NCBI GenBank assembly: GCA_964511375.1
Contig: CAZEEW010000002.1
Coordinates: 36,157-100,156, forward strand
Origin: an uncultured Gammaproteobacteria bacterium
GTDB lineage: Bacteria; Patescibacteriota; Patescibacteriia; Magasanikbacterales; GWA2-37-8
Length of the DNA stretch: 64,000 bases
Reading direction: 5' to 3'
A program made the position numbers and the translations under genes. Under the pieces are notes generated by a model, which worked only from the letters and a program-made list of their open reading frames with translations, was not told the DNA's origin and did no database searches. Shown here piece by piece: positions 38,003 to 47,583 of this stretch (the stretch's first letter is position 1; each line of letters begins with the position of its first letter).

Positions 38003-38119
38003 CACTTAACTCCATGCGCCATCCAGGCGCTCTGTTGTCGAGGAACAAGTGATTATAGCAAAGAGAGAGAGAGTTGTCAAGATGGTCTAACAGAATTGTC
38101 TTTAATATTACCCAAAAAA

Positions 38120-38156
38120 TAACAAAACAAGCCTGGTTTCGAGGCTTGTTTTTTAT
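38120..38156. terminator. Bidirectional terminator (caagcct-ggtttcg-aggcttg) after metallophosphoesterase gene
   Basis: 7-bp stem with A-run upstream and T-run downstream. Confidence 0.65.
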
Positions 38157-38168
38157 CCTTTTTCGCTA

Positions 38169-39131
38169 TTATTTTAAATTTAACTGTACCACTTCAGGTG
38201 CGGCCATAAAGCGTAAAGGTCCACCAGATTCGCCCGCTCCAACTGAGGTATAAATTGGAATGCCTTTGTAGTAATTTAATCCACGATAATAGTTCTTCCA
38301 AAGGTCAATCTCCGCATCGCCCAAAGGTCCAATTAGTGGCAACCAGACCTGCCCACCGTGGGTATGTCCGGATAAAACAAGATCTGGATGCTTCGTGTTT
38401 TCTGGCCAGGTGAGAATGCCGTCAGGGTTATGCACTAAGAAAATTAAGGGAATATTTTGATCCCAGTCTTTAAGTTCCTCAAAATTAGGATTACCACCCC
38501 AGATATCGTCTAGACCAAAGATGCAAATTTTTTGGGACTTAATTTCCGGGCAAATCAAGTTGTTCTTTAGAAGGGGGATACCAATTTGTTCCATTTCTTT
38601 TACCACCTCAGGTGCACGGTTGCCGGTTTGTCTTTCCGGAAATTTAATCACTCGGCGACTAACTCCATATTCGTGATTACCCAAGACATAATATGTCGGA
38701 TATTTACCAACCAAATTTTCTAACGGTGCTAAGTATTTTTCTTCACCAGGAGGGGTGCCTTCGTTGTCAATCATATCACCGCCAAAGAGTATTAAATCAG
38801 GCTTAAGTTCATCAACTCTTTTTGCAACTTTCTCCATCCAGTCAGCTTTTTTATGGTTACCGACTTGTGGATCAGTTATTAGAATCACTTTTAAGTCTGA
38901 TATTTCTCTTATGTTTATATCCACTCTTGTTGTTACTAGGCGCCAGGGTTCGATGAAACGAGCATAAATTAGGGCTAGCAATACTAAAAAAGTAATTGAA
39001 ATTAAGGTCCATCCGAACCAGCGGTGTTTGCCTAAGAAATAGTCGGGTCTTTTCTGGTCGCGAAAAAAAATAGCGATGAGAACCAAGGATACTACCATTA
39101 GACCGACAGATAAAATAGAGTACAGATTCAT
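38169..39131 (-). CDS. Membrane-anchored calcineurin-like metallophosphoesterase
   Basis: N-terminal TMs; GDMIDNEG, GNHEY, GHTHGGQ motifs. Confidence 0.8.
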   Translation of the reverse strand: MNLYSILSVGLMVVSLVLIAIFFRDQKRPDYFLGKHRWFGWTLISITFLVLLALIYARFIEPWRLVTTRVDINIREISDLKVILITDPQVGNHKKADWMEKVAKRVDELKPDLILFGGDMIDNEGTPPGEEKYLAPLENLVGKYPTYYVLGNHEYGVSRRVIKFPERQTGNRAPEVVKEMEQIGIPLLKNNLICPEIKSQKICIFGLDDIWGGNPNFEELKDWDQNIPLIFLVHNPDGILTWPENTKHPDLVLSGHTHGGQVWLPLIGPLGDAEIDLWKNYYRGLNYYKGIPIYTSVGAGESGGPLRFMAAPEVVQLNLK

Positions 39132-39132
39132 G

Positions 39133-39705
39133 TTAATCTTTGACTAGTTTAATCAATTTAATAAAAATGTCAGTATTTTTTGAAATACGAATATTATATC
39201 TAATTTTACCTTTTGTTTTGATTTTGTAAAGATGTGCTGGTATAGAAAGAGATTCTAACATTTTCATTACATCTCGAGCTAAGTTAGGTATCATAGACAC
39301 AAAATTTACCATTTTGTATCCTCTGTCGATATATATTGACCCGTCTGTTTGGAATAAACCACGTAAACATTCAATTACTGTTTGTTCCTTTTTCATAATC
39401 CAGGTTGGAACCGACACTCCTTGTTTTTCTTTTGATCCACCTAGGGTTTTCCAGCCTAATAAACTTTCCCATTTGTTAGAATAGCAGCTTATATCTTTGC
39501 AATTTCTTTTAATGTTAATTATGTTAACTTTATTCCTTGGCATAAATGATCTTAAGGAATCGGCTATTGTTCGGATTAAATTCGGGTACTTAAGATCACA
39601 GGAAATTCTAAGACGGACCGCCCTACGATTAGGGTTAGAAAGATTGCCGTCCCCAAGTGCAAGGCCGGTAATATACGCCAGAAGCTTTTCCTCCTTTTTA
39701 AGCAT
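39133..39705 (-). CDS. Free-standing double-motif LAGLIDADG homing endonuclease
   Basis: Two LAGLIDADG motifs: LAYITGLALGDGNL and LRGLFQTDGSI; 190 aa; starts 7 nt after tRNA-Leu 3' end. Confidence 0.8.
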   Translation of the reverse strand: MLKKEEKLLAYITGLALGDGNLSNPNRRAVRLRISCDLKYPNLIRTIADSLRSFMPRNKVNIINIKRNCKDISCYSNKWESLLGWKTLGGSKEKQGVSVPTWIMKKEQTVIECLRGLFQTDGSIYIDRGYKMVNFVSMIPNLARDVMKMLESLSIPAHLYKIKTKGKIRYNIRISKNTDIFIKLIKLVKD

Positions 39706-39711
39706 AAGTCG

Positions 39712-39793
39712 TGCCGATGGTGGGAATCGAACCCACAGGCCTTACGGCACACGATTTTGAGTCGTGCATGTTTACCAATTTCATCACATCGGC
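39712..39793 (-). tRNA. tRNA-Leu (anticodon CAA), type II with long variable arm
   Basis: Hand-folded: acceptor GCCGATG/CATCGGC, anticodon stem CACGA/TCGTG, loop CTCAAAA, variable hairpin GCC-GTAA-GGC, T-arm GTGGG-TTCGATT-CCCAC; CCA not encoded. Confidence 0.75.
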
Positions 39794-39871
39794 ATTTTGT
39801 GACTGGCATTATACCCGAATTTTGCTTGGTTGTCAATTGTATGGTATAATTACTGCACTTAAAGAATAGTT

Positions 39872-40645
39872 ATGTCCGTTATTATTTCTATCGTTAACCA
39901 AAAGGGTGGGGTGGGCAAAACTACAACGGCCGTTAACTTGGCTGCTGCCCTTTCTGAGGCGGGTAAATTTGTGCTTTTAGTAGATTTAGACCCTCAAGCT
40001 AATGCAACTTCTGGATTAGGCATTAAACACAAGGAATTAGATAAGGGTTTATACCATTCGCTCATGGGCATTCATCGACTGCATGACGTTGTGCATAATA
40101 GTGCTCATGCTGGTTTGCGTGTAGTACCGTCCACGACCGATTTGGCCGGGGCAAATGTGGAACTAGTTAGTGTTGAAGGTCGCGAGTCTAAGCTGTCCGA
40201 CATACTTAGTGAGGCCCGTCATGCCTATGATTACATTATTATTGATTCACCCCCATCGCTTGGTCTATTGACACTAAACGGCTTAGTGGCGGCTGATCAT
40301 ATCCTTATCCCGGTCCAAGCTGAGTACTATGCCCTTGAAGGCCTTGGACAACTATTAAAAACAATAGAACTGGTTAGAGATAATATTAAGCCCAATCTCC
40401 AAGTACTCGGTGCGGTTTTAACAATGTTTGACGGTCGTAACCGTTTAAGCGAAGAGGTTTTACAAGAACTTTACAAATATTTTCCAAACAATATTTTCCG
40501 AACCGTTATCCCGCGTACGGTTCGCTTGGCTGAAGCTCCGAGCTTTGGGCAAAGTATTTTCCATTATGAACCACGCGGTAAAGCTGCCAAAGCCTACGAG
40601 CGTTTAGGTCGGGAAATTATGGATATTTTTGAAATCAAAGAATAA
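39872..40645 (+). CDS. parA: Chromosome partitioning ATPase ParA/Soj
   Basis: KGGVGKTTT deviant Walker A. Confidence 0.9.
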   Translation: MSVIISIVNQKGGVGKTTTAVNLAAALSEAGKFVLLVDLDPQANATSGLGIKHKELDKGLYHSLMGIHRLHDVVHNSAHAGLRVVPSTTDLAGANVELVSVEGRESKLSDILSEARHAYDYIIIDSPPSLGLLTLNGLVAADHILIPVQAEYYALEGLGQLLKTIELVRDNIKPNLQVLGAVLTMFDGRNRLSEEVLQELYKYFPNNIFRTVIPRTVRLAEAPSFGQSIFHYEPRGKAAKAYERLGREIMDIFEIKE

Positions 40646-40666
40646 TTTAGTAGTAAATAAAAATAT

Positions 40667-41512
40667 ATGGCACTAGGGAGAGGATTGGGCGCCTTGATCT
40701 CCTCAACTGGCCCCCAAAAATCTAAAGAATCTTCAAGCGATCTACAAAAAGTATGGCATGTTGCAATAGACAAAATTACTCCTAACCGCCAACAGCCCCG
40801 TACGGAATTTGATCCAGAAGCTTTAAAAGAGCTGTCTGATTCAATACGTGTTCACGGCGTTATTCAACCGTTAGTTGTTGTGGAAGACGCTAGCGGGGGT
40901 TATGAGTTAATCGCCGGCGAACGACGCCTGCGTGCTTCAAAATTAGCCGGTTTGAAAGAAGTACCGGTAATTGTGAAAAATCACTTAGAGGATCAGGCTA
41001 AGCTTGAAATTGCGCTAATTGAAAATATTCAACGCGCCGATCTAAATCCTATTGAAGAAGCCAAGGCTTACCGCGAACTAGCTGACGTGTTTGGTTTGAC
41101 CCAACAGGAAATTGCCGATAAAATGGGGCGTAGTCGTCCGGCCGTAGCTAACATCATGCGTTTACTAGATTTGCCAATTGAGGTTCAGAATGCCTTAAGT
41201 GAGGGCAAGATAAATACAGGCCAGGCACGTGCACTTCTCACATTAGAGAATCGCGAAAAGCAGTTAGAGATGCTCCAGTCTATGCTAGGTCAAAAGATTA
41301 GCGTACGTGAACTGGAGCGAGAAGCAGTAAAACAAAATCCCGCCCATGCTAGGCGGGATCCGAATATAATGTATCTGGAAGAAAAGTTACGATTAGCTCT
41401 CGGGACGAAAGTGTCCATCACTGAAAAGAGTGGAAAGGGGCAAATTACTGTTAGTTATTACTCAAAAGACGAACTGAAAAATCTTGTCTCCAGAATCGGC
41501 GGCGACCATTAA
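40667..41512 (+). CDS. parB: Chromosome partitioning protein ParB/Spo0J
   Basis: ParB box GERRLRA, HTH. Confidence 0.9.
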   Translation: MALGRGLGALISSTGPQKSKESSSDLQKVWHVAIDKITPNRQQPRTEFDPEALKELSDSIRVHGVIQPLVVVEDASGGYELIAGERRLRASKLAGLKEVPVIVKNHLEDQAKLEIALIENIQRADLNPIEEAKAYRELADVFGLTQQEIADKMGRSRPAVANIMRLLDLPIEVQNALSEGKINTGQARALLTLENREKQLEMLQSMLGQKISVRELEREAVKQNPAHARRDPNIMYLEEKLRLALGTKVSITEKSGKGQITVSYYSKDELKNLVSRIGGDH

Positions 41513-43011
41513 TGCTCTCGATTTGGTAAGATAATCTTTAGCCAGTTCTTAACCGCAGAATTCAAATTGTTTTTGATGTGGTTTCTAGCCACATGGGTCT
41601 TCACAAACTTTAACCAATTTGGACTTGGTCCTTTTCGGTTTTTGTCGACCATGATTTCAATCACATCGCCACTTTTCAAAGCCGTGTCCAAACTAACGAT
41701 TTGGTCATTAACTTTTGCTCCACCGCATTTATTACCAATGTCGGTATGAATGTGGTAGGCAAAATCAATTGGAGTTGCATTCTCGGGTAGGTCAATAACA
41801 TCTCCCCTGGGAGTAAAGACAAAGATACGATTCTGGAAAAAGTCGACTTTAATTTCTTCTAAATCCGAGAGATTGTTTAGCACCTCTTTTTGTAAACGCG
41901 CTAGTTCTTTAGCCCATTCAATATCTCTCGGTGCCATGCGGACTCCTTTTTCATCATAATGCCAATGGGCCGCGATACCATACTCGGCTTCGTTGTGCAT
42001 GTCTACGGTCCGAATTTGGAATTCCACCATTTTACCATCATCACAGAAAACCGTTGTGTGTAAAGATTGGTAGCCATTGGGTTTCGGTTGCGCTATGTAG
42101 TCCTTGATACGCCCTTTAATAGGCCGCCACAACTTATGGATTATACCTAGTGCCGCATAACAGTCACCGACATCTTGGACTAACACACGTAGAGCAAATA
42201 TATCGTAAATATTTTCCGTATCCCAGCCTTTTTTCATCAACTTTTGGTATAAGCTGTAAAGCTGCTTTTGTCTGCCCTGCACCTCGGCGGTCTTAAATCC
42301 CGCTTTATACAGCTCACCTTTAACTGTTTTCATTATTTTACTAATATATGCTTCTTGCCCAGTAACAATTCTTTCGCGAAGAGATTTTACTTTCTCAAAT
42401 TCTTTCGGATAAACATGCTTAAAGGATAAATCCTCGAGCATCCCCTTTATTTCATTCATGCCGAGACGGTTAGCAATTGGCGCATAGATTTCTAAACTCT
42501 CAAGGGCAATGCGGTAACGTTTTTTTTCCGGTAGCGCCTCAAGGGTGCTTAGATTATGGATACGATCGGCAAATTTAATAATCATGACCCGAACGTCTTC
42601 AGCCATGGCGACGAACATTTTGCGAAGGTTCTCGATATATCTTTCAACGCCACGGTATTTTAGTTTACCTAATTTGGTGATGCCTTTGATCAAAGAGGCA
42701 ATGTCTTCGCCAAAGTTTTTTTCAACGTCCTCGATCGTGACCGGCGTATCTTCCGGGACATCGTGTAGTATACCAGCGGTGACTAGATTAAGATCAAAAC
42801 GCATACCCGCTAAAATATATGCCGTCATTAAAGGGTGTTGGATATATGGTTCGCCAGATTTACGGGCTTGTCCAGCATGAGCCTTTTCGGCGTAATCATA
42901 AGCCAAACGAACTAATTCTATTTCTTTAGCCGTGTTGTATTTTTTGAGACTAGCGATGAGATCGTCGATAGTCACTGGCTTAGTTGTCGAGAGTAATGTT
43001 TCTAGGTCCAT
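41509..43011 (-). CDS. relA: RelA/SpoT-homolog (p)ppGpp synthetase/hydrolase (HD + synthetase + TGS), 500 aa
   Basis: HD motif ILHDVPEDT, synthetase domain motifs, C-terminal TGS-like region. Confidence 0.85.
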   Translation of the reverse strand: MDLETLLSTTKPVTIDDLIASLKKYNTAKEIELVRLAYDYAEKAHAGQARKSGEPYIQHPLMTAYILAGMRFDLNLVTAGILHDVPEDTPVTIEDVEKNFGEDIASLIKGITKLGKLKYRGVERYIENLRKMFVAMAEDVRVMIIKFADRIHNLSTLEALPEKKRYRIALESLEIYAPIANRLGMNEIKGMLEDLSFKHVYPKEFEKVKSLRERIVTGQEAYISKIMKTVKGELYKAGFKTAEVQGRQKQLYSLYQKLMKKGWDTENIYDIFALRVLVQDVGDCYAALGIIHKLWRPIKGRIKDYIAQPKPNGYQSLHTTVFCDDGKMVEFQIRTVDMHNEAEYGIAAHWHYDEKGVRMAPRDIEWAKELARLQKEVLNNLSDLEEIKVDFFQNRIFVFTPRGDVIDLPENATPIDFAYHIHTDIGNKCGGAKVNDQIVSLDTALKSGDVIEIMVDKNRKGPSPNWLKFVKTHVARNHIKNNLNSAVKNWLKIILPNREH

Positions 43012-43096
43012 ACATTGTTATTAAACCGCAAAATTCACCTTTTGGCAAGTACAAAAAAACGCTACTTTACAATTAAAGCAGCGTTTTTTGGTGTGT

Positions 43097-45319
43097 TTAT
43101 TCGGCCATTTTTGTAAAGTCGCATTCTTTACTGCTGCACTTTATTTGCCCTTTAGCAGCAAAGATTAAGAGAGAAGAACATTTTGGGCACTTTTCTCCGT
43201 TTGGTTTTTCCCAGAGAGCAAAATCGCAGTTTGGATATTGGTTACAGGCATAGAAAATTTTCCCGCGTTTACTTCGTTTCTCAATAATATCTCCTTTTTC
43301 ACACTTTGGACATTTAACATTGGTTTTTTTCTCAATACTTTTAATTGTCTTACATTCTGGATAATTAGAACAACTTAAGAAAGGTCCAAAGCGGCCAACT
43401 TTTTGCACCATTGGACTGCCACATTTTTCACATTTTTCGTCAGTTGGTACAGCGATGGGAGCCGCAGCGCTTCCCTCACCAGCTAATTGCTTGGTGCTTT
43501 TGCAATCTGGGTAGCCAGTGCAGGCCAAGAATTTTCCAAAGCGACCCATTTTAATGACCATGGGTTTACCACATTTATCGCAAGTCTCTTCTGTCGCAGT
43601 TTCGGTTAATTCTTTTTTGTTTAACTCTTGATCTTTAGCTAAAAGATTTTCTTTAAACGGCGTATAAAAACTTTTAATGATCGGTTGCCATTCCTTTTTC
43701 CCCTCAGCGATTTCGTCCAAGTTATTCTCCATCTCAGCAGTGAAGTTAAAATCCACAATATGCGGAAAATGTTCAACTAAAAGGTCGTTAACCACATAAG
43801 CTATTTCCGTTGGTTTTAAGCGCTTTTTTTCATCACGCTCGATATATCCACGATCTTCAATGGTCGCGATAGTTGGCGCATAGGTGGACGGGCGGCCAAT
43901 GCCGTACTCTTCAAGTGTTTTAACTAGTGTGGCATCAGAATAGCGGGCTGGTGGCTCAGTAAAATGCTGCTCTGGTTTCAATTCTAAGCAGTTAATTTTT
44001 TCGCCAATCGAAACAACTGGTAAAATATTCTCCTTGGCTTTATCGGGGTATAGTTTTAGGAAACCATCAAAAACAATTGTTTGACCAGTGGCGCGGAATG
44101 TATAGTCGCCACTTTTGATGTCAATATTTTTAGCCGACAATTCTGCAGCAGCCATCTGGGTCGCAAGGGCTCGTCGCCAGATTAAGTCATATAGCTTAAA
44201 CAGCTTTGGCTCGACAAATGGCTTGATTAATTCTGGGGAGCGGGAAGCGCTAGTAGGGCGGATTGCCTCATGGGCTTCTTGAGCATTTTTACTTTTCTTT
44301 TTATAAGAGCGAACTGATTCTAAGGCATACTTGTTTCCGAAACTTTTTGTAATCTCTGTCTTGGCTTCTTGGAGGAATTTATCTGACAAGTTTACCGAAT
44401 CTGTACGCATATAAGTGATTAAACCCACTGATCCTTCACTGCCTAATTCCACACCTTCGTAAAGTTGTTGGGCTAAACGCATGGTTTGTTTAGCTGAAAA
44501 ACCCAAGTGGTTGTTCGCCTCTTGTTGTAAAGAAGAAGTAGTAAAAGGGGGAGAAGGATTGCGTTTAACAGTTTTTTCCTCAAGATTGCTAACTTCGTAA
44601 TTAGCCCCAGTTAAGGATTTAATAATCTCATCTACTCCGTCTTTGTTTTTAAGATCTAATTTATCTAGTTTTTTGTCTTTGATCGCTTGTAACCTTGCGA
44701 TGATCTGTTCCTTAGAATCTAATTTTTCAAAAGTGGCCTCAAGCGACCAGTATTCGACCGGTTTGAAGTTTTGGATTTCTCTTTCCCGTTCTACAACCAG
44801 ACGGACAGATACGGATTGTACACGCCCAGCCGACAAACCCTTTGCGACCTTGCGCCAGAGAAAAGGGGAGAGCTCGTAACCAACTAAACGGTCTAGGACG
44901 CGACGAGCTTGTTGGGCGTCCACCAAGCGTAGGTTTAAGGCCCTTGGGTGCTCTAAAGCATCTTTAATAGCATGTTCAGTAATTTCATGAAAAACCATGC
45001 GCTCGGCTTTGTCTGGATTAATACCTAAAACATGGGCGAGGTGCCAGGAAATAGCCTCACCCTCACGGTCCTCATCAGTTGCGAATATGACACCGTCACT
45101 TTTTTGAGCAAGTTCTTTCAGCTTTTTTACTTGAGCGCTTTTATCTCGGGGAATAACATAGCTTGGTTCAAAAGTTTGCCCTTCAATGTCTACTCCCATT
45201 TTGCTTTTTGGTAGATCGCGGATATGGCCAAAAGAAGACTCGACTTTGAAGCCTTTTCCTAGGAATTTTGTAATTGTTTTTGCCTTTGTTGGGGACTCAA
45301 CAATGATTAATTTAGCCAT
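43097..45319 (-). CDS. topA: DNA topoisomerase I with multiple C-terminal zinc ribbons
   Basis: TOPRIM N-terminus, active-site region, four CxxC…CxxC zinc ribbons. Confidence 0.92.
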   Translation of the reverse strand: MAKLIIVESPTKAKTITKFLGKGFKVESSFGHIRDLPKSKMGVDIEGQTFEPSYVIPRDKSAQVKKLKELAQKSDGVIFATDEDREGEAISWHLAHVLGINPDKAERMVFHEITEHAIKDALEHPRALNLRLVDAQQARRVLDRLVGYELSPFLWRKVAKGLSAGRVQSVSVRLVVEREREIQNFKPVEYWSLEATFEKLDSKEQIIARLQAIKDKKLDKLDLKNKDGVDEIIKSLTGANYEVSNLEEKTVKRNPSPPFTTSSLQQEANNHLGFSAKQTMRLAQQLYEGVELGSEGSVGLITYMRTDSVNLSDKFLQEAKTEITKSFGNKYALESVRSYKKKSKNAQEAHEAIRPTSASRSPELIKPFVEPKLFKLYDLIWRRALATQMAAAELSAKNIDIKSGDYTFRATGQTIVFDGFLKLYPDKAKENILPVVSIGEKINCLELKPEQHFTEPPARYSDATLVKTLEEYGIGRPSTYAPTIATIEDRGYIERDEKKRLKPTEIAYVVNDLLVEHFPHIVDFNFTAEMENNLDEIAEGKKEWQPIIKSFYTPFKENLLAKDQELNKKELTETATEETCDKCGKPMVIKMGRFGKFLACTGYPDCKSTKQLAGEGSAAAPIAVPTDEKCEKCGSPMVQKVGRFGPFLSCSNYPECKTIKSIEKKTNVKCPKCEKGDIIEKRSKRGKIFYACNQYPNCDFALWEKPNGEKCPKCSSLLIFAAKGQIKCSSKECDFTKMAE

Positions 45320-45369
45320 ATTTTAGAGCAATTCTCGCTATTTTACCGGATTTATCTACCCCTGTCAAA

Positions 45370-46701
45370 CTAGAAGGTGTTTTTAACTAAATTACCCCGG
45401 AGTTCCCCGCTGATGAAAATAGAGCCAGTTACGAGTATTAAGTCGTCCTTTTTGGCCTTTCCTTTGGCTGCTTCAAAAGCCTCTTGGGGGTCGAGAAATA
45501 TGGGGGTAGGAGTTTGTGGTAAGAGCTTCTTAAAATCTTGCGCCATGGTTTGCGGACTTAACACTTTACGGAATGGATTCATGGTGTTCCGAGAGCAGTA
45601 GACAACTTTTGGTTTTAAGGTACTTAAATATTTCATCATCAGGCGGGTGTTTTTGTTTTCCGAACTGCCAATTATGAGATAGATGTCTTTAATGTTTTTC
45701 AATTGTTTAACGGCATCAACGGTTGTTTTGATTTTGTCTGGATTGTGAGCTGCGTCAAGGATAATCAGGGGATTGTGTTTAACTATTTCTAACCGCAATG
45801 GTTGGTCAACCTTTTTAAGTCCTTCGTAAATATGCTGGTACTTTATCTTAAGATGTTTGGTTATCTCAATACAAAGAACAGCATTTTTTATCTGGTGCAC
45901 CCCGAACATTGGTAAAGAGTATTCCTCGTTGTTATATACAAACCTTGTGTTCGCAAAGCTGGATTCAATGACTTTAAACTTCGGAATGTTAAAAACGTTT
46001 AACTTCACTCGTTGTTTCTTACATTCCCTTTCAAAAATGGCTCGAATGTTTTTGTCTCGTTCGCTTGTAAATACGCTACAGTTTGGTTTAATTATACCCG
46101 CTTTTTCATAAGCAATTTCACGTTTGTTATTGCCAATAATACCAATATGATCAACCCCAACGTTAGTAATAACAGCCACATCTTTATGCGGAATAATATT
46201 TGTTGCATCATACCTACCACCACAGGCAACTTCCATTACCGCCCACTTTACTTTGTTTTTTGCAAACCAGAGCATACCCAAGACCTCGGTCAATTCAAAG
46301 AAAGATAGCATGTCGTAAGGAGTTGTCCTAATATATTCGTCTAATTTTGGTTTGAGATATGTAACTAGCTCAATAAATTCACTACGTGTCATATACCGAT
46401 TACCAATTTTCCACCGCTCGTTGATGTAGGTTGGGTGAGGTGAAAAAGTGGCACCAACTTTTTGTCCACTGGCATTGAGAATGCTGTGTAAGTAAGCAGT
46501 GACTGAGCCTTTGCCGCTTGTACCAGTAACGTGGATGTAATGGGGGATCTTTTTCTCGGGGTTGCCAATCATGTTCAAAAAGAACTGGACGCGCTTTAAA
46601 TAAATTCCGGTATGTCTTGGGTCACGCATGTATTCCAGGCGAGGCAAGTTACCAAAAGACAGTACGTAATTGTAAGCCTCTTCAAAGGTCATTTTTTTCA
46701 T
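45370..46701 (-). CDS. folC: Mur ligase family protein, folylpolyglutamate synthase-like
   Basis: P-loop HVTGTSGKGS typical of FolC; 443 aa. Confidence 0.65.
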   Translation of the reverse strand: MKKMTFEEAYNYVLSFGNLPRLEYMRDPRHTGIYLKRVQFFLNMIGNPEKKIPHYIHVTGTSGKGSVTAYLHSILNASGQKVGATFSPHPTYINERWKIGNRYMTRSEFIELVTYLKPKLDEYIRTTPYDMLSFFELTEVLGMLWFAKNKVKWAVMEVACGGRYDATNIIPHKDVAVITNVGVDHIGIIGNNKREIAYEKAGIIKPNCSVFTSERDKNIRAIFERECKKQRVKLNVFNIPKFKVIESSFANTRFVYNNEEYSLPMFGVHQIKNAVLCIEITKHLKIKYQHIYEGLKKVDQPLRLEIVKHNPLIILDAAHNPDKIKTTVDAVKQLKNIKDIYLIIGSSENKNTRLMMKYLSTLKPKVVYCSRNTMNPFRKVLSPQTMAQDFKKLLPQTPTPIFLDPQEAFEAAKGKAKKDDLILVTGSIFISGELRGNLVKNTF

Positions 46702-46716
46702 ATATACTTTAAAAAA

Positions 46717-47580
46717 TTATTGTAAAGCCTGTATTACGTCCAGGCTAGTAGTAATGACTCTGGCTCCTAGTTTAAGCAGATTATTGTTTCCTTGTCCAGT
46801 CTCTGAAGTTAAAGAGTGGGGGATGGCCATAACCTCGCGATTGTAATCTAAAGCTAATCTGGCAGTAATTAGCGCACCAGATCGTTCTGGTGCCTCAATT
46901 AATAATAGTCCTTGAGACAGACCGGCCACAATGCGGTTTCTCTCTGGAAAGGTGTATTTGGTTGGCAGAAAGCCGGGTGGGTATTCAGATATGAGTGCTC
47001 CACCAGAATCAATTATTTCCCTTGCCATTTTTAGATGTTCCCGAGGATAAATTGTTTCGTCGCCTATTCCACCGCCGAGGACAGCATAAGTAATCCCTTG
47101 GTTGTCCAACGTTGTCTGGTGGGCAATGCCGTCAATACCAAGGGCCAAGCCGCTGACAATTTGTAGACCGGCTTTTACCAATTCACTAACAATATTCTCG
47201 CAAGTCTCTTTGCCATAGGCTGTATATTTTCTGGTGCCAACTATGGATAATAGAATACGGGGTGATGTCGGTAAAGTGCCACGGTAAAATAAGGTATGTG
47301 GCGGGTCAGTAATTTCTTTCAAGAGCCGGGGATAGTCTGGTTCACTTAAGGAAACAGTTTTAATATTATGCTGTAATAGATTGTGCGCAATTTGTTGTAG
47401 CGAAGTATTGTGACGCCAGGATAGAAAATCGTGAGCAACCTTTTCTTCCAGTCCAGCGTGGATTAAGTCAGAAAACTTGGCCTGCCAGAGTTCGCTTAAA
47501 TGATTAAAATAAGCCGCCAAAAGGCGGTAACGTCGGTAAGTAATTTTAGGGAAGTGGGCAAGTGCCGCGTGGTAGTTCAC
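46717..47580 (-). CDS. dprA: DNA processing protein DprA/Smf
   Basis: Rossmann-like VSGLALGIDGIAHQ motif. Confidence 0.82.
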   Translation of the reverse strand: MNYHAALAHFPKITYRRYRLLAAYFNHLSELWQAKFSDLIHAGLEEKVAHDFLSWRHNTSLQQIAHNLLQHNIKTVSLSEPDYPRLLKEITDPPHTLFYRGTLPTSPRILLSIVGTRKYTAYGKETCENIVSELVKAGLQIVSGLALGIDGIAHQTTLDNQGITYAVLGGGIGDETIYPREHLKMAREIIDSGGALISEYPPGFLPTKYTFPERNRIVAGLSQGLLLIEAPERSGALITARLALDYNREVMAIPHSLTSETGQGNNNLLKLGARVITTSLDVIQALQ

Positions 47581-47583
47581 AGA

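Noticed and set aside
39706-39800. Group I intron or intein context for the LAGLIDADG ORF
   Set aside because: The ORF is not embedded in tRNA-Leu (the tRNA folds intact upstream) and is not in-frame within a host protein, so it is treated as free-standing. A remnant intron cannot be excluded without structure search.
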